In this document: piece by piece, positions 58,338 to 64,000 of the stretch
Numbering within the stretch: the stretch's first letter is position 1
Layout: each line of letters begins with the position of its first letter
DNA from: a bacterium
GTDB taxonomy: Bacteria; UBA8248
Reading direction: 5' to 3'
NCBI GenBank assembly: GCA_965204535.1
Contig: CBDBEV010000001.1
Location: forward strand, 1,792,001 to 1,856,000
Length of the DNA: 64,000 nt
The notes under the pieces: generated by a model
Told to the model about the DNA's origin: nothing
The model's input: only the letters and a program-made list of their open reading frames with translations
The model's database searches: none
Program-made: the position numbers and the translations under genes

Positions 58338-59264
58338 CTAACAAAGCCGCTGGAGCAACCCCTCAAGCGTATCCCTCGTATAATACTCTATTTCTATCTT
58401 TCCGCTCTCCTCGTCTCCCGAAATCGCGACTTTCGTTCCCAGCGCGCTTCTGAGCCGCTCGGCCGCCTCCCGGAGATAAAGCGCCTGCGGCCCCGAGGGC
58501 CCGTTCTGCGGAGCGGGTCGCGGCAGGGTTTCCCTCTTCTCTCTCCCGCCTTCGAGCACGCGCCTGACGCGCGTCTCCAGCTGGCGCACGGAGAGTCTCT
58601 TCTCGACGGCAGCGCTGGCGTGGCTCGCTATCTCCTCGTCCGTGCGCAGGGACAAGAGCGCCCTGGCGTGCCCCATGGTGAGGAGTCCTGCGGCGACGCT
58701 CTCCTGAACGGAGGCGGGCAGATTGAGCAGGCGGAGGTAGTTCGCGACGGTGGAGCGGTCCTTGCCCACGCGGGAGGCGGTCTCTTCCTGCGTGAGACCC
58801 AGGCGCTCCATCATGCTCGCATACGCGGCCGCCTCTTCCATGGGGTTCAGGTCCGCGCGCTGCACGTTCTCGACGATGGCGAGCTCGAGCGCCTCATCCC
58901 CGCCCGCGTCGACCAGGATGGCGGGAACCTCATCGACTTCCGCCAGGCGCGCGGCCCGCCAGCGCCGTTCCCCGGCCACGATCTCGTATCCCCCGCCCGG
59001 GGCGCGCCGGACAAGAAGGGGCTGGATCACCCCGTGGCGCTTCACGGATTCGGCCAGTTCGGCCAGGTCCTCCTCGTCGAAATCGACGCGCGGCTGGTGA
59101 ACGCCGGGAGCGAGGCGGGCAGGAGAAAGCCGCATCAGAATCCCGGCGTCTTCGGCGGCGCCTCCAGGAGGGTCCAGTACCGCCGGTGCGGGCTCTTGCG
59201 CATCATGGGAGGCCAGGAGCGCGTCCAGACCCCGTCCGAGCACTTTTTTTCTCACGGTCGTCAT
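58338..59264 (-). CDS. parB: Chromosome partitioning protein ParB/Spo0J
   Basis: LGRGLDALL, QPR, IVAGERRWRAA, ENVQRADLNPMEEA, GKDRSTVANYLRLL. Confidence 0.95.
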   Translation of the reverse strand: MTTVRKKVLGRGLDALLASHDAQEPAPAVLDPPGGAAEDAGILMRLSPARLAPGVHQPRVDFDEEDLAELAESVKRHGVIQPLLVRRAPGGGYEIVAGERRWRAARLAEVDEVPAILVDAGGDEALELAIVENVQRADLNPMEEAAAYASMMERLGLTQEETASRVGKDRSTVANYLRLLNLPASVQESVAAGLLTMGHARALLSLRTDEEIASHASAAVEKRLSVRQLETRVRRVLEGGREKRETLPRPAPQNGPSGPQALYLREAAERLRSALGTKVAISGDEESGKIEIEYYTRDTLEGLLQRLC

Positions 59265-60106
59265 GTCCGGTTTTTCATCCTTTCCTTCGAGCGCGTGATG
59301 AACTCGCCCGCCAGCGCGAGATACGCCTGCGCGCCCGGCGAGGAAATGTCGTAGGTGATCACCGGCTTCCCGTGGCTCGGCGCCTCGGCGAGGCGCACGT
59401 TCCTGGGAATCACGGCCCTGTAGGTCAACTCCGGCAGATGAGAGCGCAAATCCTCGTTCACCTGACGCGAGAGATTCGTCCTCGAGTCATACATGGTGAG
59501 CAGAATTCCGCCTATTCTGAGATCGGGATGAACGCTCCCCCGTATCCGCTCCACCGTTTTCATGAGCCGGGCCAGCCCCTCCAATGCGAAATACTCCGCC
59601 TGAATGGGGATGAGCACTTCGTCTGCCGCCCGCAGGCCGTTCAAGGTGAGAAAACCCAGAGAGGGCGGGCAGTCGATGAGGATATAACGGAACCGGCTCC
59701 GGAGCGGTTCGATGACGTTCCGCAAGCGGCTCTCTCTTTGCGGCAAATCCGCGATCTCCACTTCCGCACCCGCCAGGTCGATGGAGGAGGGCAAAACGCT
59801 TAAGCATTTAATTTCAGTGTCATACAGGGATTCATCGTCTATCGACTCGCCCAACACAAGCGCCCTGTAGAGTGAAGATGATGGCGAAAATAAACCGAAA
59901 TTACTCGTCGCGTTCGATTGCGGGTCCATGTCGACCAGCAGCGTCGGCTGATCCGCCACGGCGAGGCAGGCCGCCAGATTGACGGCCGTCGTCGTCTTGC
60001 CGACGCCGCCTTTCTGGTTCACGACGGCCACGATCGTGCACGGGCCTTCGCTCGCGCCTGCGTCGGGAACGCTCGGGGAGATGGTCGCTCCGGGTGTGAT
60101 ATCCAT
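59261..60106 (-). CDS. parA: Chromosome partitioning ATPase ParA/Soj
   Basis: NQKGGVGKTTT, DMDPQSNAT, IDCPPSLG, IPRNVRLAEAPSHGKP. Confidence 0.95.
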   Translation of the reverse strand: MDITPGATISPSVPDAGASEGPCTIVAVVNQKGGVGKTTTAVNLAACLAVADQPTLLVDMDPQSNATSNFGLFSPSSSLYRALVLGESIDDESLYDTEIKCLSVLPSSIDLAGAEVEIADLPQRESRLRNVIEPLRSRFRYILIDCPPSLGFLTLNGLRAADEVLIPIQAEYFALEGLARLMKTVERIRGSVHPDLRIGGILLTMYDSRTNLSRQVNEDLRSHLPELTYRAVIPRNVRLAEAPSHGKPVITYDISSPGAQAYLALAGEFITRSKERMKNRT

Positions 60107-60181
60107 ATTGTTGTTTCAGGGCGGGTGAAAACAGGTTCAATAACGGAAGATTCTCACACCGCCCCGGAAAATACAACCGGA

Positions 60182-60197
60182 TGTTTCACGTGGAACA
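60182..60197. promoter_or_regulatory. parS site
   Basis: TGTTTCACGTGGAACA matches the consensus TGTTNCACGTGNAACA. Confidence 0.92.
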
Positions 60198-60224
60198 AAA
60201 TTTCCGCCAAATCCGGGGAGAGAA

Positions 60225-60240
60225 TGTTCCACGTGGAACA
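60225..60240. promoter_or_regulatory. parS site
   Basis: Perfect palindrome TGTTCCACGTGGAACA. Confidence 0.93.
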
Positions 60241-60350
60241 ATGGGGGGTTAGGGATGGGAGGAATGCTCTTCGGTAGTGGGCCGTTCTTGTGAACGGACC
60301 AAGGTCGCGACCTGTCCCTACAGGCTTGTTTGAAAATACACCGGATTGTA

Positions 60351-60614
60351 GGGATTGTTGAAAAAGCCCCTGAGAGGGTAATGGCAACCCCTTGAATACG
60401 AAATCCCATAAAGCCAACCCTCCCTACCCCCCCTTGTCAGGGGGGCAAGAAAAAGCAAAATCCCCTCAGCCCGGTGAGGGCGCATCGCCTTTTTTACCCC
60501 CCTGACAAGGGGGGGTAGGGGGGGTTGCTTTCAAAGAGGGAGGTCGGGGGTTCGCGCGAAAGCGGCCTTCCCGCTATAGGTAATGTCCCTTGGCAGGGGG
60601 TTTTCAACAGACCC
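60351..60614. repeat. IS-end-bounded mosaic with family P repeat
   Basis: GGGATTGTTGAAAAAG ... GTTTTCAACAGACCC; P repeat at 60416-60526. Confidence 0.82.
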
Positions 60615-60677
60615 ATGCGAGCGGCCCGGAATTGCGCCATTGAAACGAAATTCCGGTTTGCCATAAAACCCAAAAAA

Positions 60678-60693
60678 TGTTCCACGTGGAACG
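60678..60693. promoter_or_regulatory. parS site
   Basis: TGTTCCACGTGGAACG (15/16). Confidence 0.88.
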
Positions 60694-60818
60694 ATGGGGG
60701 GGATTCGCGATAGGAGGGGTGCTCTTTGGTAGTGGGCCGTTCTTGTGAACGGACCAAGGTCGCGACCTGTCCCTACATAGCAATACCGACAGAAAAAGGG
60801 AGGCCCGCTCGAAAACCC

Positions 60819-62738
60819 TCACGAAACCGGCGGGGCGGCCTCCTCCCGCGAATTTCCGCTCTGTTTGCGGATGTAGACCTCCAGCACGGCGACGGCGGCG
60901 GGCGTCACGCCCGAGATGCGGCTCGCCTGCCCGAGGGTTTTGGGGCGTATCTGCTCGAGCCGCTGCCGGACTTCCGCCGTCAGGTGGCCCACACCCGAAT
61001 ACGAGATGCTCTCGGGTATCTTCACCCGGTCGGCCATCCTGAGATGATGGACCTGCTGGTATTCCCGCTCGAAATACTCCTTGTATTTCACCTCCGCCAG
61101 CACATAGCGCCGCGATTCGCGGTCCAGCGCCTCCCAAATCTCCCCAAAACGGCCTTTATCGATGGAATCGACCCGAATCGCCAGTTCCGGCCCTGCTTCG
61201 GGGCGTCTCAGGATGTCGGCAAGTGCGGACGGCTTCTTGAGCGGCCTGGAGCCCGCTGCCTCCATGGCGCCTCGCACGTCCGGCTTGGGGTTCATCGTCG
61301 TGGTTTCGAGATAGGTGATGGCCTCCTGCGCCCGTTTCGACTTCTTCTCGAAGGCGCCCCAGGTGGCCTCATCCAGCGAACCGACCCTGCGGCCGAGTTC
61401 CATCAGGCGGAAATCCGCGTTGTCGTGGCGGAGCAGGAGCCTGTGCTCGGCCCGGCTGGTGAACATCCGGTAGGGCTCGGCCGTTCCCTTGGTGATGAGA
61501 TCGTCTATCAGAACGCCGATATAGGCTTCTTCGCGGCTTAATACGACGGGTTCTTCGCCGCGAAGGTAGCGGGTGGCGTTGATCCCCGCCATGATCCCCT
61601 GGGCGGCGGCCTCCTCATAGCCGGTCGTCCCGTTGATCTGCCCGGCGTGGAAGAGGCCCGGCATCTTCTTCGTCATCAGGCTGGCGTCGAGTTCTGTCGG
61701 CTCCACGTGGTCGTACTCGACGGCGTAGCCCGGACGCATCATCTCGGCTCTTTCTAAACCTTTGATTGTTCTTAACATACGGATTTGCACGTCCACCGGC
61801 AGGCTGGTGGAAAGCCCGTTCACGTATATCTCGCAAGTCTCGCGTCCTTCGGGCTCCAGGAATATCTGGTGTTCCCGTTTGCCCTCGAAGCGCATTATTT
61901 TATCTTCGATGCTCGGGCAGTAGCGCACGCCGATCGCGTCGATCTGGCCGTTGTACATGGGCGCGCGCTCGATGTTCCGCCGGATGACCTCGTGCGTCTC
62001 AGGGTTCGTGTAGGTGATCCAGCAGGGCATCTGTTCCTGTTCGATGGCCTCCGTCCGGTATGAGAACGGAAGGGGCGGGTCGTCGCCGGATTGCACGTCA
62101 AGTATTTGAAAATCAATGGATTTCGCGTCCAAGCGCGGCGGCGTCCCCGTCTTCATGCGCCCGATGGCGAAGCCGAACGAGACGAGTTGCTGCGTGAGTT
62201 CGTTCGCCGAACCCTCGCCCGCGCGCCCGCCCTCGACCTTCCTGTCGCCGTAGTGCAGAAGACCGCGCGTAAAGGTGCCCGGCGTCAGAACGACCGCGCG
62301 CGCCTCCCAGGTTTCCCCAAAATGATCCTGAAGGCCCGCTATCGCCCCGTTCTCGACGAGAAGCCTTTGCACCATCCCCTGCTTGAGGTCGAGTCCCGCC
62401 TGGCTTTCGACGGCGTTTTTCATATACGCGCGATAGCGCTGCTTGTCCGCCTGGGCGCGCAGGGCCTGCACGGCGGGGCCTTTTTTCGTGTTCAGCATCC
62501 GGAACTGAATCCCCGTGGCGTCGATGGCGCGGGCCATCTCGCCGCCCAGGGCGTCCACCTCGCGCACCAGAACGCCCTTCGCCAGCCCGCCGATGGCCGG
62601 GTTGCACGACATGAGGCCCACGGTGTCGAGGTTCATCGTGAGCATCATGGTGCGCGCGCCCATGCGCGCCGCGGCGAGCGCCGCCTCGCAGCCTGCGTGT
62701 CCGCCGCCCACGACGATGACGTCATACGAAACAGCCAA
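60819..62738 (-). CDS. mnmG: tRNA uridine-5-carboxymethylaminomethyl modification enzyme MnmG (GidA)
   Basis: [66 protein letters not shown]. Confidence 0.97.
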   Translation of the reverse strand: MAVSYDVIVVGGGHAGCEAALAAARMGARTMMLTMNLDTVGLMSCNPAIGGLAKGVLVREVDALGGEMARAIDATGIQFRMLNTKKGPAVQALRAQADKQRYRAYMKNAVESQAGLDLKQGMVQRLLVENGAIAGLQDHFGETWEARAVVLTPGTFTRGLLHYGDRKVEGGRAGEGSANELTQQLVSFGFAIGRMKTGTPPRLDAKSIDFQILDVQSGDDPPLPFSYRTEAIEQEQMPCWITYTNPETHEVIRRNIERAPMYNGQIDAIGVRYCPSIEDKIMRFEGKREHQIFLEPEGRETCEIYVNGLSTSLPVDVQIRMLRTIKGLERAEMMRPGYAVEYDHVEPTELDASLMTKKMPGLFHAGQINGTTGYEEAAAQGIMAGINATRYLRGEEPVVLSREEAYIGVLIDDLITKGTAEPYRMFTSRAEHRLLLRHDNADFRLMELGRRVGSLDEATWGAFEKKSKRAQEAITYLETTTMNPKPDVRGAMEAAGSRPLKKPSALADILRRPEAGPELAIRVDSIDKGRFGEIWEALDRESRRYVLAEVKYKEYFEREYQQVHHLRMADRVKIPESISYSGVGHLTAEVRQRLEQIRPKTLGQASRISGVTPAAVAVLEVYIRKQSGNSREEAAPPVS

Positions 62739-62828
62739 CGGAAAACCTCCAGAAATTCACAAAAAAGCGTTAAATTGCCTTATATTTATCTAAATTTATC
62801 ACCTAATTCTGCCGAAATTATATTATTT

Positions 62829-64000
62829 TCATTTTCCGATGCAAAAAGTGGAAAAAATCCTGTCCAAAAGCGCTTCTCCGTAGTCCCGGCCCAGGAGTTC
62901 GGCGAGCGCCGTCTGCGCTTCGTTCAAATGAACCGCCACCAGTTCGGGGGAAAGCTCTCCCTCGGCTCCCGCCTTAGCACTTCGCACGGCTTCGAGGCAT
63001 TTTGCGATCTGGCCGTGGTGGCGCTCCCGCGTGAGAACGGATTCCGCGCCCGAAAGCCCATCCTCGTCCATCAAAACACGCGCCACCTCCTCGCGCAACT
63101 CGAACAAACCCTCGCCCGTCAGCGCCGAGATGAAGAGCGGCTCTCCGGCACCCGGCGCCGACTCGTTCAAAAGCGCGAGGGCGCGCGCCCTCATATCACG
63201 GGCAGCCTTGTCCATCTTATTGAAAATAAACAGGTTTTCGCAATCAAGCGTTCTCGCCTCCCGCGCCGCCCACCTGATTTCGTCATCCCCTGCCGTCAAA
63301 TCCATCACCATCAGGCCGATATCCGCCTCTCCCGCCGCCTTGCGGGCGCGCTCGGTTCCTTCGAGTTCCACCGGATCCCCCGTATCGCGCAGGCCCGCCG
63401 TGTCGATGAGCCGCACCGGCGCGCCCCCGAAATCGCAGACCTCCTCCACCGTGTCGCGCGTGGTGCCCGGAACCTCGCTCGTGATGGCGCGATCCGCCCC
63501 CAAGAGCGCATTCAGAAGCGTGGATTTCCCCGCGTTGGGCCTGCCGAGGATGGCGGCGCGCGCGCCTTCTCTCAGGATCCTGCCGGAGCGGTAGCTCTCG
63601 ACGAGCCGCTCGAGTGCGGTTTCCGTCTTCGCGAAAAGGCCTGCGAGCTCAGCACTTCCCATCGGAGCGCCGGAAACCGTGGGGCCTGCGCCCGGCTCGA
63701 ACTCGTCGGGAAAGTCAATCGCCGCCTCGATGTGCGCGCCCGCCTCCACGATTTTCTCCCACACGTCTTCCAAAGCCTGCGAGAGGCGTCCTTCCAGGTG
63801 ATGGAGCGCCGCGCGCGCCGCCTTTTCGGTCTGCGCGGCCACGAGGTCCGCCACGGCTTCGGCCTGGACCAGATCGATCTTTCCCTCCAGGAAGGCGCGC
63901 CGGGTGAATTCGCCCTCTACGGCCGGCCTGGCGCCCATCTCCCGGGCGAGGCGCAGGATGGTCCCCACGATGGCCGGGCCGCCGTGGCAGTGCATCTCGA
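62829..64000 (-). CDS. mnmE: tRNA modification GTPase MnmE (TrmE), 5'-truncated by the window
   Basis: CHGG, GEFTRRAF, GRPNAGKSTL, GTTRD, DTAG, NKMD, terminal FCIGK. Confidence 0.97.
   Translation of the reverse strand, partial: EMHCHGGPAIVGTILRLAREMGARPAVEGEFTRRAFLEGKIDLVQAEAVADLVAAQTEKAARAALHHLEGRLSQALEDVWEKIVEAGAHIEAAIDFPDEFEPGAGPTVSGAPMGSAELAGLFAKTETALERLVESYRSGRILREGARAAILGRPNAGKSTLLNALLGADRAITSEVPGTTRDTVEEVCDFGGAPVRLIDTAGLRDTGDPVELEGTERARKAAGEADIGLMVMDLTAGDDEIRWAAREARTLDCENLFIFNKMDKAARDMRARALALLNESAPGAGEPLFISALTGEGLFELREEVARVLMDEDGLSGAESVLTRERHHGQIAKCLEAVRSAKAGAEGELSPELVAVHLNEAQTALAELLGRDYGEALLDRIFSTFCIGK

Noticed and set aside
62740-62828. AT-rich gap between mnmE and mnmG as oriC
   Set aside because: Only about 90 bp, and no TTATCCACA-type DnaA boxes were seen.

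Overview
GC-rich bacterial chromosomal window next to the replication-origin gene block (mnmE-mnmG-[no rsmG]-3 parS-parA-parB-bactofilin at 57.8-64 kb). The rest is mostly catabolic and transport genes: tripartite tricarboxylate and TAXI-TRAP transporters, two sulfotransferases, sat, a ComA-like enzyme, acyl-CoA dehydrogenases, TPP enzymes, a LigAB-like dioxygenase, a Baeyer-Villiger monooxygenase and a split NAD synthetase. It also has a tRNA-Ser(GGA) and two AT-richer islets with toxin-antitoxin or defence-like genes. Three things stand out. (1) A UGA-readthrough selenoprotein candidate (UGGC motif plus SECIS-like hairpin) at the left edge, which the ORF track truncates. (2) An unannotated ~170-nt promoter-to-terminator structured transcript at 20.45-20.62 kb, with a 16-nt complement to the typical 16S rRNA 3' end and a 12-codon ORF. 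(3) An IS1182 whose 15-bp ends recur genome-wide around variable mosaics of palindromic repeats; 5-bp target duplications suggest the IS moved using a distal end and landed in the centre of a repeat. All assignments come from motif recognition by eye; no searches were run.
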